Assembly (NCBI RefSeq): GCF_009914755.1
Contig: NC_060941.1
Length of the DNA: 64,000 nt
DNA from: the human T2T-CHM13v2.0 reference genome, Homo sapiens
Strand: one strand, 5' to 3'
Both the position numbers and the translations under genes were made by a program. Positions 1 through 14,845 of this stretch are shown here, piece by piece. The notes beneath the pieces were generated by a model. It worked only from the letters and a program-made list of their open reading frames with translations, was not told the DNA's origin and did no database searches. Each line of letters starts with the position of its first letter. The stretch's first letter is position 1.

Positions 1-189
1 CTTTATAGTGCATAAAATAAGAGGAGTGAATGAAATAAGTATAAGCGTTTAACCTCATTTTTCTTTCAAATATTTGTTCAGTATATATGATGTACTGAGG
101 ATCAAAATACTAAATAATAAATTGGCATTTTACTAGCAACAAAATTTATAAAAACATCCAAGAGTTAACTTAGTAAGAAGTGCTAATGA

Positions 190-1370
<1,181 letters not shown>

Positions 1371-1455
1371 TATTCTACCAGATTTAAGGAATGGCTTGAC
1401 CTTTTAAGAGAAGAAAGAGCTGGTGCTGCTAACAAAATGATCATTTTATTAACAG

Positions 1456-2255
1456 ATGGATGGTGTTGGATGGGAGGATGAAATCATTTTTAGAAGAATG
1501 TGTCACGTCTCAGGAAGAGCCAGTAGATACTGTGGGACCATCAGCAAATGGACACATGAGAAATGAAGGAGCTGGACATGCCAAGGTCAGAATTGGTGGA
1601 AACAATCCAACCACAGGGCTATGCCACTCCCCTAAAAGAGAAATGGTCAGTAGTACAAATGTCAATTCCAAAATGAAAGTAGCTGGTGCTTCGCAGCGGC
1701 TTGGAAGTAGGTTTTCCTGAGCACCTTCCAGTCCCCTCAAATAAACAAGGAATGTGTGTAAAAATAATGAACTTGCCATTCGTGTGCAGTTTTAAGGAAG
1801 GCTCCTAGACAAATCCTTCCCCCCATACAAAAGGCTGACCCTAGGACCCTCCTACGTAGAAATTCTGAAGTGGTCATTGCAGCCAGTGAAATCAGGAATA
1901 ACAAGGAACTTATTTCAGTATCCAAAGGAGTTCCCTATGAGGATGGGTCACAGCTGCAGGAACGTCTCAAAAATCACAGCCACCCACATAGATGACACAG
2001 CACCTCATCATGGTTCCAGCTGAGCGGATGAATAATCACCTCCCTAGGGATAAGGCATACAGACCAGACCCCCAGCAGGAGTTCTCAGTGTCAGGGAGCT
2101 TGCTAGTGCTCTGTCACACTCACGGCAAGGCTGCTTGGGGGAACAGGGAGAACAGAAAAGGAAGACAGAAAATCTCAGTGGCATGGACAGGGCGAACAAG
2201 AATACCAATTCCTGCCACAAACAAAAAGTGTACTTCAGATCCTAACTTCAAGTAA
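1456..2255 (+). other. Exon-like unique block, possibly a decayed exon of a convergent neighbouring gene
   Basis: cattttattaacag acceptor, 88 open codons, then further protein-like stretches broken by stops and frameshifts; product not recognised. Confidence 0.3.
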
Positions 2256-3608
2256 TTTAATTATTATTATATTGTTCATTTTAAAGCTAAGAAAACAGGT
2301 CAGAGCAATCACTTAGTATAGCTAATAAAGTCATGTAACAATTAAGTGACAGAGCTGATTAAGATTCTCTGAACTGAAATAAGATTTTCTGTCTCTATCA
2401 CCATATGGACTTCCTACTATTAATTCATGGTGTCTGATCAACATTGTCAGCTGTTGCCTTCCCCAGCACCAAGTTTCTGCAGCCGTCAAGCTGAAATTCA
2501 CACTATTTTCTAGTCATTCATGAGCAGGTGCATATTAACTTCTCTGGAGTTGTTTATGCCTAAAATGAGAGTAGAATTAATAATATCAACATTAGCAGTT
2601 GGGAATATGATACACTATTAATTAACCTAATTGTAAGTGAATCTAAAATCTAAAAGATTTTATAATCTAAAACCTTAAAATCTAAAAGGTTTACACATAT
2701 ATTTGGTTAAAGGATTCTGTAAAGATGCATAACTTGGGGGCATAAGAGATATATGTAATCATAAGAGCTGTAAATACAAATAAACTCTTCATAGGAGTAA
2801 GTTTAGATTTTGTAGAAAATAAAGAAGCTAGGAAGCCATTTACTGTTAGGAGGTGGAAAAACCTAGGTTATCTATTGTCATGAAATCCAGGGGCAACAAG
2901 TTCTCAAAAAAGCATGGAAACTCAGTATTGTTAAAAGCCCAGTACATTCAATGAAAGCAAAGTAACTGGAAGTGGCTAGAAGGAAATCTTTGACGATCTT
3001 GATGAGAGAATAAACAAGGAAGTTATTGGAATGAACCCCAGACTGCATGGAATCAAAATTGGCTTGAGGTAAGTGTAGCAGATGGCATAAATGACACACA
3101 ACTTGGGGCAGGGACCACACACCATTTGCTTAAGTATCTGGGCAATGAAAGGGAGAAACAGCAGTAGTAAAGGGAAGTAATAGTTTTCTTAATAGCTGAT
3201 GAGATCTGTGCAGTAAGAGTAGAGATGTAAAAAACAGATGGACTTAGTGTTGGAAGCAAAACTCCAAGAAGCTGAGAACGAATGGGATCATGAGCATGAC
3301 TAGGGGTGTGACACAGTCACCTAGAGACAGAGCTATGCTTTGATGAAGAATGAGATGGATAAAGTTACAGAGATGGTTTCTCTTACTAGAAAAAACTTCA
3401 AGTTAGATTTCCTGTTGGGCAAATATTTCAGGAGTAAGCTCTATGCCAGGGATCTCAAACTCAAATACCTTCTGGAACCAGGAAGGTGATAGCATGAGTG
3501 AACTGATGTGACAGGCAATTACTAAAGAACCTTAACTTTCCTCCAAGTGAGGTGCTCTCTCCCATTTTTCTTAAAGCACGCAAGCAACCTTCTTAGCTTA
3601 TCTTTTAC

Positions 3609-3758
3609 TTTCTGAATTTTGATAGAGACATGGTCAGGGAGGAGGGTTTTCCTTTATTGAGAAATCCAACGTTCCATGTGTGCTTATAAATACAACTGCC
3701 ACTTGGTCTCAGAGTCAAAGACACAATACTGAGTCCAAATGGAGTTAGAATATGTGTC
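3609..3758 (-). pseudogene. Candidate terminal fossil exon
   Basis: ctttctctttag acceptor 98 bp after the previous donor; one frame open to TAA. Confidence 0.4.
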
Positions 3759-3856
3759 CTAAAGAGAAAGGCCACTAACCAGTTCCTACTCAATTTAATC
3801 ATGTGAGTGTGTAGGCTAGGAACTGTCAGATATTTTAAGAGAAGCCAGAACTCTAC

Positions 3857-4020
3857 CTGTTTATGTGAAATATTCTCATTTTCAATGTTGGCTCAATTGA
3901 AAAGCAAAACAAGGCTAGGTAGGCCATCTGGGCAGCAGACCTGCCCACGCATCAATCTCCATCCTCTGTTGCAGACATTCAATTAAACCTGTCACAGACC
4001 AGGAAAACCACTTTTGATAC
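3857..4020 (-). pseudogene. Fossil exon, RGS22-type C-terminal motif
   Basis: tttgactttcag acceptor, CAG|gtagag donor; WSVTGLIECLQQ aligns without gaps to RGS22 WCYSKYIEALEQ. Confidence 0.7.
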
Positions 4021-4729
4021 CTGAAAGTCAAAGTTACTTGTGGTTTTCTTTGGTTGCACTGATTAAAGGAAAGAGGAAAAAAAAATCCTTTAATGCCAAG
4101 TGAGCAATTTGGGATTAACGGTTTACCTGGACAATTGCTAATTGGGAAAACAGAGCAAGACACTTAAGCTAAACAGGTTCTGTAACAGTTGAGCAGTTGT
4201 TTGTTTGACTTGGATAAAAGGAGGCATTGTTATGGTTGAGGTAGGTTTTGCTTTACCTGCTATGGCAGAACTACATGATGTGGTCATCCAACAATGAGGT
4301 CTTGGTAAAATAAATTATGGTGAAATGCTATGCAGACATTAAAAAACAATGATTTAGAAAAAGATTTATTTATCTTGGGAATTTCTCATTCTATATTGGT
4401 TATTGTTCCAGACAATGTTACCAAAATTTTAAGTTTTAAAACAGATTAAAATATTATACGCAGCATGATGCCATGATTTCATACGTTATTATCATTATTT
4501 TTAAAAATTTTCTAAAATAAGAACTTCTTTTTCCTAGTAGTCTCTTGTTTAGGCTCTGGGATAACGGGAACTGATGCTGCAGAAAGATGTGACTCAGGAT
4601 TGTGGAACTTTAGGAAACTTGGGGGTTATTTTATGATATCATTCATGCCAAGGGAGCCAAGAAATATCCACATCTATGCTCATTTCAGACTATTTCACAA
4701 AGATGCTCCCAAATTCCACATTATAATAC

Positions 4730-5310
4730 CTTTTCAATTTCCTCCCTTCAATTCTGTCTCCCTCCGTTTTTGGTGGAGACTGTTGTTTGTCTTCAAATAT
4801 CCATTGCTTCCATGATAGAATTTTAACTGGGCACTGGGATGCTCAAAAAAAAGGCAACATTTTATCTTCCTTGGCAACTAGAAGTAACATGTGACTTTCT
4901 TTTTTTCTTTGCCAGTGTGGTAAAAGAAGAAGGCAACTTTCGGAAACTGTCCTATAGGGCTGTTGTCCCATGACCTGTGCCCTCTTCCTCTTTATAGTCT
5001 CTTTCTGCCTCTTCCGGCCTATGTCTGGATGCTGCCATCTTGAATTCCATGGATGACAGCTATGCTGTAGGGATGACAAGGTTTCATCTGGAAGAAGACA
5101 TCTGAGAATATTTTGAAGCAGAGCTTCCAACCTCTCTGAGCTATATCCTCAGAGCCTAATTTCTTCCTAAGAAATATGCCTCCCTTACTTACTCTAGAAA
5201 TAGACATATCTGATGTGTGTGCTGGGATGAGGCCCCTTATGAACCACAATCCTGCCTTTACTATTTTAGACAACCAATGACTAGATTCCTTGATACCCCC
5301 ATTTAAATTT
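4730..5310 (-). pseudogene. Fossil exon, last RGS-like repeat
   Basis: tattttag acceptor, AAG|gtatta donor. AGLWFIRG, ERLEALLQNILRCLLP, FEDKQQSPPKTE (RGSL1 FKDRKSPPKST). Phase 2 joins the next exon in frame. Confidence 0.6.
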
Positions 5311-6013
5311 CTAAAATACTAAGTTGATATATTGGGTAAGTAAGAACATCTACTCTCTAATTTTTTTTTGTCAGAACTTTGCTCATGGTTTTAAGAACCA
5401 AAATTAATAATGCAACTAAAAATCTGTCAAGAGTCCTCCTATAACCCTATTTACCTTTATTAATTTTTTTTGCTTTTCTTATGACTTTATTCCACAAAGT
5501 AAACATTAAGATTTTCATATTAAGTGTCCTCGAAAACTATGTGAAATTTTTAATGGCATTTTATTAAAGTTATACTAAAATGAAGAGAATCTATCACTTT
5601 TCTATAGTAAACCTTTTCTCCCAATAAAATATTTTCATGTATTTATTCAAATTTTTCCTGTGCATAGCTATGGCTGTCTATTTTCAGTTTGTCCAGCTTT
5701 TTCTTGTTATAAAAATGGACATGATGGCTTCTAAGCTCTTTCCCTGTCAGGACTAAAACTGGAATATTTAAGTCATTTTGAATCACTTCTTTGTATCTCA
5801 TGACCACTCCAATTTATGGCCTTATTAGTGTTTTTCCATAAATTTCTAGGAGCTTCCTAATTGGCCATTCTGCCACAAGGCTCTTACATTTCCTGACATA
5901 CAAAACCACACTTCCATTATGCCATTCCTCTGCTCATCAGCTATCAATGACCAGTAGTTGCCTACTTATAAAAATAAAACTTTTTTATTCCGATATTTAA
6001 GGCAGCTTATAGT

Positions 6014-6388
6014 TGCTTTGGTTTGAATGTGTCCTCCAAATTTTATGTATTAGAAACTGAATCCCCAAATTCATATGTAGATTGGAGGTAGGGCCAATGG
6101 AAAGTAATTAGAATTAGACAAGGTCTTCAGGGTGGTACTCCCATGATGGGACTGATGGATTTATAAGAAGAAGAGAGACCTGAGCTGACAAGCATGCTCC
6201 TGTCTTCTTGCCATGTGATGCCTTCTGCCATGTTTTGACACAGCAAGAAGGTCCTCACAAGATGCTGGCCTTCCAAGTAAGACACTTGGACTTCTAAGCT
6301 TCCAGAACTGTAAGAAATGCATTTCTTTTCCTTATAAATTACCCAGTGTGTGTTATTCTGTTATAGCATTGTAAAACGGACTAAGACA
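6014..6388 (+). mobile_element. MST-type MaLR solo LTR
   Basis: tgctttggtttgaatgtgtcc ... aaacggactaagaca termini. Confidence 0.85.
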
Positions 6389-7071
6389 GCAGTCTTTCCT
6401 CATAATTTGCCTTTGGCTACTTTCCAAGGAGAAGCTCATGATCCAGGTCAGGAATGCTGTGTCATTGCCCCTCCAATGTTAGCTATGTTCATGTTGACTG
6501 GAATACTCAATACATTTTGTCCAAAAATTCCTACTTTTGTTTTAAGTATTGTCCAGTTCCATATCCACGAAGCACGTACCTACTATTCTTTGTGCCATAT
6601 GTTTTTACATGGATGAAAATTATAATATTCCTGGAAGAAACCCCAGAATTCTTTGGATTCCTGAGACAGGTGAAGGGGCTTTCTGAAGGACACATAGCTA
6701 GTTGAAGTCAGAACTAGGTTTACAACTCACTTCCCTTTTTCTTTCATCAATTTTGGGTCTCCTAAAGTAGTGATTTGCAAACTCATTGGCATGCAATGAG
6801 TTTAAAGAAAGAGAAAAAAAATATTCCTGGAGCCCATCTCCTGAGATTCGGACTTAGTAAATGAGAGTTGGTGCTCAAGATTTTAAATTTTGAGCAAAGA
6901 ACTCTGATGCTGGTAATTGAAGAATTCACTCACTGTCAAACACTGTCATAGAGGACATTTACAGAACATAGAATGGTGATTGGCCTTCAAGGAATATCTG
7001 GCCAACTGGACTGGTAAAAGCATAGTAAAGAAAGTGACTTCCACCTGACTGTATTAAGTTTGTCCAGAAAT

Positions 7072-7447
<376 letters not shown>

Positions 7448-7629
7448 TTAGTTATCAGCAAAATTGGGGAATGTCTTAATACAATTCAATGTTGACACTT
7501 TAAATACATGTGTTCACTATTAAACATAAGGAAAACTAACCTCTACCCTCACCCTTCATTTAAGTAAAGGCGAAATATATAATCATTGAGAAATTTGAGG
7601 AAATACTGAAAAAATATTAAATAAGAGCT

Positions 7630-7857
7630 ACTATTACAATCACTGTGGAGAACATTGTGGAGATTCCTTAAAGAACTAAAAATAGATCTACCATTTGATC
7701 CAGCAATCCCACTACTGGGTATCTACCCAGAGAAAAAGAAGTCATTATACGAAAAAGATACTTGCACTTGCATGCTTATAGCAGCACAATTCGCAGTTGA
7801 AAAAATATGGAACCAGCCCGAATGGCCTTCAATCAATGATTGGATAAAGAAAATGTG

Positions 7858-7888
<31 letters not shown>

Positions 7889-8905
7889 TATATATATAGT
7901 GATATATATATAGTGATATATATATATAGTGATATATATATAGTGATATATATATAGTGATATATATATATAGTGATATATATATAGTGATATATATATA
8001 GTGATATATCTATATTTATACTGATATATCTATATTTATGGTGATATATCTATATGTACAGTGATATATCTATATATAGTGATATATCTATATGTAGTGA
8101 TATATCTATCTATATATAGTGATATATCTATATGTAGTGATATATCTATATATAGTGATATATCTATATATAGTGACATATATAGTGATATATCTATATA
8201 TAGTGATATATCTATATATAGTGATATATATAGTGATATATATATTGTGATATATATAATGTGATATATATATATATATATATTCCATGGTGCGTGTGTG
8301 TATATATATATCTGGATAACTGGACTGGTAGAAGCATAGTAAAGAAAGTGACCTTCACCTGACTCTATTAAGTTTGTCCAGAAATGGCTGGGCACGGTCA
8401 TGGAATGCTACCCAGCCATAACAAGGAATGAAATAATGACATTCAAAGCAACATAGAAACCAGTTGACAATAGGGCCTATGGTAAAATAATGCAGATGTA
8501 ATGAGGCCAGCCATGGGGAGCTGCTGCAAGAAGGAAAGGAGGGAGCCCATTGTGAAAGACCATCAGAAGGTGCAGAGGGTGAGACAGGTAGACAGAGAGG
8601 AGAGGGAAAAAGAGCGAGAACACAGCAACGTGGATGGAATTGGAGACCATTATTCTAAATGAAGTAACTCTGGAATGGAAAACCAAGCACCGTATGTTCT
8701 CACTTATAAGTGGGAGCTAAGCTATGAGGACATAAAAGTATAAAAATGATACAATGGACTTCGGGGACTCAGAAGAAAGGGTGGGAGGGAGGTGAGGGAA
8801 AAAGACTACACATTGGGTACAGTGTACACTGCTTGGGTAAATGATCAGTAAAGAACTTATTCATGTAACCAAACACCACCTGTTCCCCAAAACCTATTGA
8901 AATTG
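7630..8905 (+). mobile_element. L1PA/PB 3' end with internal TA expansion and two foreign inserts
   Basis: ORF2 C-terminus WRFLKELKIDLPFDPAIPLLGIYP and L1 3' UTR. Confidence 0.9.
7856..8310. repeat. (TA)n / TATATATAGTGA minisatellite
   Basis: Direct inspection. Confidence 0.95.
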
Positions 8906-10836
8906 TGTATATATATATATATATATAAATTATCTACTATTTATTAAACTTGGTCTGTGAACATGCATGTTGGCACCTTACATGGATTATTCCATTTAAT
9001 TCTTACAACTACTCTAAGCTGAAGGAAGTGAGGCTTAGAGAGGTTAAGTCACACCCAAAACACACAGCAGGTAAACAATAGCGCCAGGATTTAAACACGC
9101 AGGTCAAATTCTGAAGCCTGTGGCCTTAAACACCAGACTCCCTCTTATGGAAATCCTATCATTTCTAGCCCTGTTGATCACAGGAAAACCTTCTTAGCAT
9201 TTCTTGTACTTCCTCCTAGCCCTTCTTAAGAAATATGAATATAATTCTGAAAAGTCTGGGCTTTGGAGACAAAGTAAGCTTGATTCAATTTCTGACTTTG
9301 ACATTAACCTTGATTTAACCTTTGACAGTAACTTTGATTTAATATTTCTGAGCCTTAGTTCTACCAGCTGTAAAATAGTGAGAATAATATTTACCTTGTG
9401 ACTGAAAGCAATTTAATGAGATAATGGTCATGAATGACTTAGCACTGTGCTTAGCTGATTATAAGGACTCAATAAATGCTATTGTGATTAGGTATATAAT
9501 TCAAATTTTATATATTTAAAAATTGAAGTTATACAGAAAGTACAGGTTTATATACTATGTGTTCTGCTACATTTATGATCTAGTTAAGCCAAGTGTCCAA
9601 ATGCCGGCACTGTATACACTCTTGTCTAAGAAAACATATCCCACCCACCATCCCTGGTATTGGATAGCGGTGATTTATCATAGGTAAATCTTTCTCTTCC
9701 ACTCCTCATTCTCAGATCTCATTCTCCTCCCACCCTTTCTACTGAGTCTCCAAAGTCCGTTGTATCATTCTTATACTTTTGTGTCCTCATAGCTTAGTTC
9801 CCACTTATGAGTGAGAACATACGGTGTTTGGTTTTCCATTCCAGAGCTACTTCATTTAGAATTGGAACGCACCTGAAACAAGGGTAGACAATTCAGCCAC
9901 AGGCTGGTGACCAACATCCTGGTACAAATAGTTGTACTGAGCTTTTAGAAAGACCACTGAGAAATGCTATGAAATGAAACCAGTTGACAATAGGGCCTAC
10001 CGTAAAAGAACGCAGATGTAATGAGGCCAGCCATGGAGAGCTGCTGCAAGAAGGAAAGGAGGTAGCCCATTGTGAAAGACCATCAGAAGGTGCAGAGGGC
10101 GAGACAGGTAGACAGAGGGGAGAGGGAAAGAGAGAGAGAACAAACACAGGATTCCAAAGCTGCTTCGGCCTCCAGCTCTGATTTCATTCATTTCCAGAAA
10201 GTTAGCCCACGGGGATTTTACTTGGAATTTTCAACATAATTCTTAAGTTAATTTGGAACTAAAGTACACATAAAAATAATTTTTAAAAAATGAATATTGA
10301 AGAGGGTCTTTCCCTGTCAGTTAAAAAATATGTCATAATTAAAATAGCAAGATACAGTGTGGTGCAGACAGGCTGAGGAGTGGAACTGCAAATGAAGTCC
10401 AGAAACATATTATCAGTATAAAAATATTCCATAATGAAGACAACAATTTTAATTCATTGGGGGAACAATGGATTTGCCAGTAAATGATAATGAAGTCATT
10501 GGCTCACCAATTTGAAAAATAGCAAGCTGGATTTCTTCCTCATACTCTTTACCAGCATAAATTTCATAAGAATTAATGATTTACATTCAGAGAAAAAATA
10601 AAAGTTTTATAGGAAAAGGCAGGTGATTACATAATTTTGGGATGGGTGAAGAGTTTTCTAAGGACAATATCAATGGCATCAAACATAAAGGAAAATATAG
10701 TGGATTTGACTCATGGAAATTAAAACCATTCGCGTATAGAAAAGGATTAACTACTAAGAGGCTAATTATAAATTTGAAAAATGTTTTGTACAACTAACAA
10801 AGGGTAAGTCCTTTTCATATAGAAAAGACCCTTATA

Positions 10837-11149
10837 GGCCAGGCATGATGGCTCGCGTGGTGGCCTGTAATCCCAACACTTTGGGAGGCCGAGGCAGGTG
10901 GATCTTGAGGTCAAGAGATCAATACCATCCTGGACAACATGGTGAAACCCTGTCTCTACTAAAAATATAAAAATTAGCTGGGCATGGTGGCACACACCTG
11001 TAATCCCAGCTACTCAGGAGGCTGAGGCAGGATAATTGCTTGAATCCAGGAGGTGGAGGTTGTAGTTAGCCAAGATCGTGCCACTGCACTCCAGCCTGGT
11101 GACAGGGTGACAGGGTGAGACTCCATCTCAAAAAAAAAAAAAAAAAAAA
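10837..11149 (+). mobile_element. Alu
   Basis: Dimer, poly-A, TSD aagacc(c/g)ttata. Confidence 0.95.
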
Positions 11150-11599
11150 GGAAGACCGTTATAAATAATTAAGAAAATAATAAACCCCTATTAGAAAATT
11201 GGGAAGTGGAGACCATATATGGAATCAGTTCCATTTTCTGTTATATATATTTTTTGTAATAACATATTTACTTATAGGTATATATGTTTATATTTGCTTT
11301 TTGTAAAAATATATATTTCTATAAAAAGAATAAATTTTATAGTTAAATAAAAATAACTAAAGAGATTTACCCCAAATTATAAAAAGTATAACAGGATGAT
11401 GGGTGATTTTTATTTGCTTGCTTTTTATCTTTCTGTAATTTCCAAGTTTTTAGTGATAAATAGATTTTACTTCTGGAATGAGAAAAAAGTTTTCAAAAAT
11501 AGAAGAAATACAAACAATTTGTGAATCACAGTCTAAGTTTGCTGTCTCTATCTTGTTTTCTCTTGATGTTTGATTTGAGGTGACCACAGATGCTTTCGG

Positions 11600-12575
11600 G
11601 ACCCTCGCTGAAGGTCCTCAGTGTAGCATTCCCTGGAGCCCCTGGATATCCTGGGCTTGGCCAAGAGCTTGGAATGTATTACACAGAGGAAGCCATTGTC
11701 AGAGCTGGGCTTACTGGCTCAGCCTGTCTCCTAAAGGCGGGTTCCTGGGACCAAACCAGAGCACAATGAAGAAAGAAGGGAAAATAGCCATTGGCTTCTA
11801 CCACAATAGAGAGAGCATGGCTCTAAGAACTTTCCAAGGCGTTTCCAACTTGACATTTCCTTTCTTGACCTTTTAGCTTCTTACTTTCCTTCACATACAG
11901 TGGCCCAGAGTTAAATTTAGCATTATCTTTAGAAAAAGGCAATTTCCCCAAGAACTCAAAACTACAAACTTCTGAACTCAAGAAGACAGATTCAGGAATA
12001 GCGTTGCATTTGGCTTATTTAACACAGAGTTACATATCCTTGGAATAGCTCCTGACTAACTCAAGAGAGTCAGCAGGTGTCTTCACAGGATTGAGTGAGA
12101 CTTGGATATTTTGTGGTCTGTTTCCTGTACAAACGTATGATGTGCTGGAGTGATAACGCAGACATTATTACAGCATTCTGCAATGTCTCCTCATTGCTAT
12201 CCCTTGATCTGCATCCAAACAAACATAAGGAAAGAGATGTTGCTCTTGACATTAACACTGATGGCAATCTTGGTACTTGGGGTGATGTAGGTGCTGATAG
12301 AAGTCAGCAAGGAGGGTCAGATCTTTATGGCTTTGAACCTGTCTACTGCTCCAGCATTATCTCTCAACAAGCCCCAGTCACTTCTTGCCCCCTGTGTTTT
12401 GATTTTGCAGAATTTCTTGGGTTGTCTCAGTGGCCCATGTTCTTTGAAAGCCTCTGGTCTTCCTCTTGGAACACTGGCCCCAACTCATCCTCTCCACCAG
12501 CAAGGCATGCCTGACCTCTTAGGCTTGCTCAGAGGCTCTTGCGAGCATCCATTGATTTCCTGGAGCCAAGACTTT
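11600..12575 (-). pseudogene. Candidate large fossil exon(s)
   Basis: About 1 kb unique block; LLADFYQHLH, FLMFVWMQIK, SQELFQG and WKRLGKFL motifs in order; boundaries approximate. Confidence 0.5.
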
Positions 12576-13449
12576 ATATGTTAATTTTCTGTTTACTCCT
12601 CTGGCTCCCCTACTCCCTGTGTGCTAAGTAACTGCCAAGTGGTACCACAGCAGACTGCCTAGTGCCTGGATTCTAGCATCCAAACACCAGTGTTCAAATC
12701 CCTGTCCTGGACTTGCATTGTTGTCTGTGTTCATTAAGTGGTTGACTCAACATTTTACCTTCTCTTCTTTTACTTGTAAAATGTGGATGAAGATAATGAA
12801 ACCTATCTTACGAATTTGGAGTAGGGAAAGCACATGAACAACTTAGTCTAGTGTGTGGTTCCCTAGGAAATAGTCAATAAGCTTTAGCCAGTGCAATTAG
12901 CCAGTATCATTCTTGTCAGTTTATAGCACAGCCTCTACCACATACAAGGTGCTAGTCATATTCCTGTTTGGTTGCTCTTCTCTTCACTGTCTGGCCACAC
13001 TGATCTGTATGTTCCTAAAACAATTAAACTGTTTTCTGCCTCAGGACCTTTGCACTCACTGTTCCCCATGTGTGGAGCACATTTCCCTGACTCTTTCCAG
13101 GTGTGGCTGACTTCTCCTCTTCCTATTTCAGCTAAATTGCCACCTCCTCCAAGAGCATTTTGGGCTAACACTATTTAAAGTAGATAACCCCCCTACACTC
13201 TGTTTTATCTGCTATAACAACACTAGATTTATTTCTCCAATAGTTACTTCATTGATTTACTTCTAGAATGCCTGCTTCTTGCACTAACCTGTGTAACCTT
13301 CTGAGGGCAGAGGCTTATCAACCTCGTCTCTCAATATCTCCAGTGTCTATCTAGTGTCTAGCACACTACGTAGGTATTTGTTGGATGAATAAATGAATGA
13401 ATTAATACAAGGACTGAAGGAATGCATGACTTGCAGAAAATTCAGCTAT

Positions 13450-14002
13450 GCAATAGTTGGCAAACACCGAAAGGCCTAGCAGAAAATCCAAGCTCTCCTG
13501 CAGAGTCAGCTGCAAATATAGGTCTGTCTTCATTTTCCCTTATCAAGACTGACAAGACGACACAAAGTCCTTTGAGCTCTTTGGAAGGGAATAGCAATGC
13601 ATAAACTCAAAAGATAATCTTGTTTCTTTTTATGAATTCAAAATAATTTTTGAAAAGGAACAGGCCCTCTCAAAGCATTATGCCCACACAATCTTTGCTT
13701 TAAGTAGCAAAAAACTCCCAAATAGTTTTATGATCTCTAATGTAATGCAGATGTAGAGGGTAAGAATTTGATGGTCAATTAATTTAGAAAGTATCCAGGG
13801 CCTAGCAGAGGTTCAACTTATTGACTTTGAAATTTGACTCATGATTCCAATGTTGCCCCCCACTTTTTTCTCCATCTCTAGATATAAAAAGAAAGGAAAG
13901 CTTGTAATATTGCTTACGGAATGTTCTAGAGGGGTTGTTAAGCTGTTCTTCATAAAAACTCTTGGACCAAGTTTTCCTGGCCGTTTCCAACTGGGACCGT
14001 TC
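13450..14002 (-). pseudogene. Fossil exon with one RGS-like repeat
   Basis: QLNNPSRTFR..FL..DGEK..HWNHESNFK..LLLKAKIVW..CF..ILNS*KETR..IPFQRAQRTLCRLV (FxxAQ motif). Confidence 0.65.
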
Positions 14003-14544
14003 CTGAGCATTGAAGTGAAGTAATATTAAACTGGCAGGCTGCTGAGAGCCGATTATTGTGGGGAGTTGAAAGGAAAGAGCTGGCATCTTTGTGCTTCATT
14101 AATCTTCGAAAGAAAGAAAGCTCTGGCCGCTGGACCAAATGCCCACATGTCAGAGCTTGATTTCCTGTTCTTCTGGGTTTCAGTCTGAATGCAAAGCAAA
14201 TGTTTCAGGGAGCTCCAAGCAGCTAGGAGGTATGTTCCTTTCCCACGTGACCAGGACTTAAATTCATGAATTAATACCCAAGTCTGAGAAAGCTGATAGT
14301 TATCCAGGCTAGAGGCAATATGGTGCCGGGAACTGTAGGCACAGCTAGTAATTAATTAATCAATGAAATGGCTATTAAGCTTCCTTGATACTATTGGACA
14401 AAAGAAAATCCTCCTCTTGTTCTCCAAAATTCTTCACGCATGCCTCCATGTATACCATGCTACTACATGGTAATTTGCACATTTATTGCATTTGAATATA
14501 AAGTTTTCCTCAAGAGAGAACAAACTATGAAACTGTATATTTTA

Positions 14545-14845
14545 GTAACGGCTTTATTGAGGTATAATTCACATATCATACAATTCATCCATTAAAGTGT
14601 ACAACTTAATGGTTTTTGGTACATGCACAGTTGTGCAACCATCAACACAATTAATTTTACAACATTTTCATCACCCAAAAAAGAAATTCTACACCTTTTA
14701 GCTATTGTCTCACCATAACCCATATCAGCTCTCCAGAAGCTCCTGGCAATCACTGATATACTTTCTGTTCCTATAGATTTGCTAAGTCTGGATATTTCAT
14801 ATAAATAGAATCATACAGTATGTGGTCTTCTGTGACTGGCTGTAA
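14545..14845 (-). mobile_element. L1M (MA/MB-type) 3' end
   Basis: tttattgaggtataattcacata..gttgtgcaaccatca. Confidence 0.8.

Noticed and set aside
4495-4729. Apparent protein end (..EPKQETTRKKKFLF*KIFKK*) on the minus strand
   Set aside because: A donor at 4730 splices in phase to the RGS22-like tail exon, so this is more likely intron; an alternative end cannot be excluded.
8036-8401. 121-aa and overlapping Y/I/S/D-rich ORFs; array-like periodicity
   Set aside because: TA minisatellite with no unique spacers; neither a CRISPR array nor a gene.
12095-12514. 139-aa plus-strand ORF
   Set aside because: Non-ATG start and no recognisable product; antisense to the fossil exon, which explains the block better.
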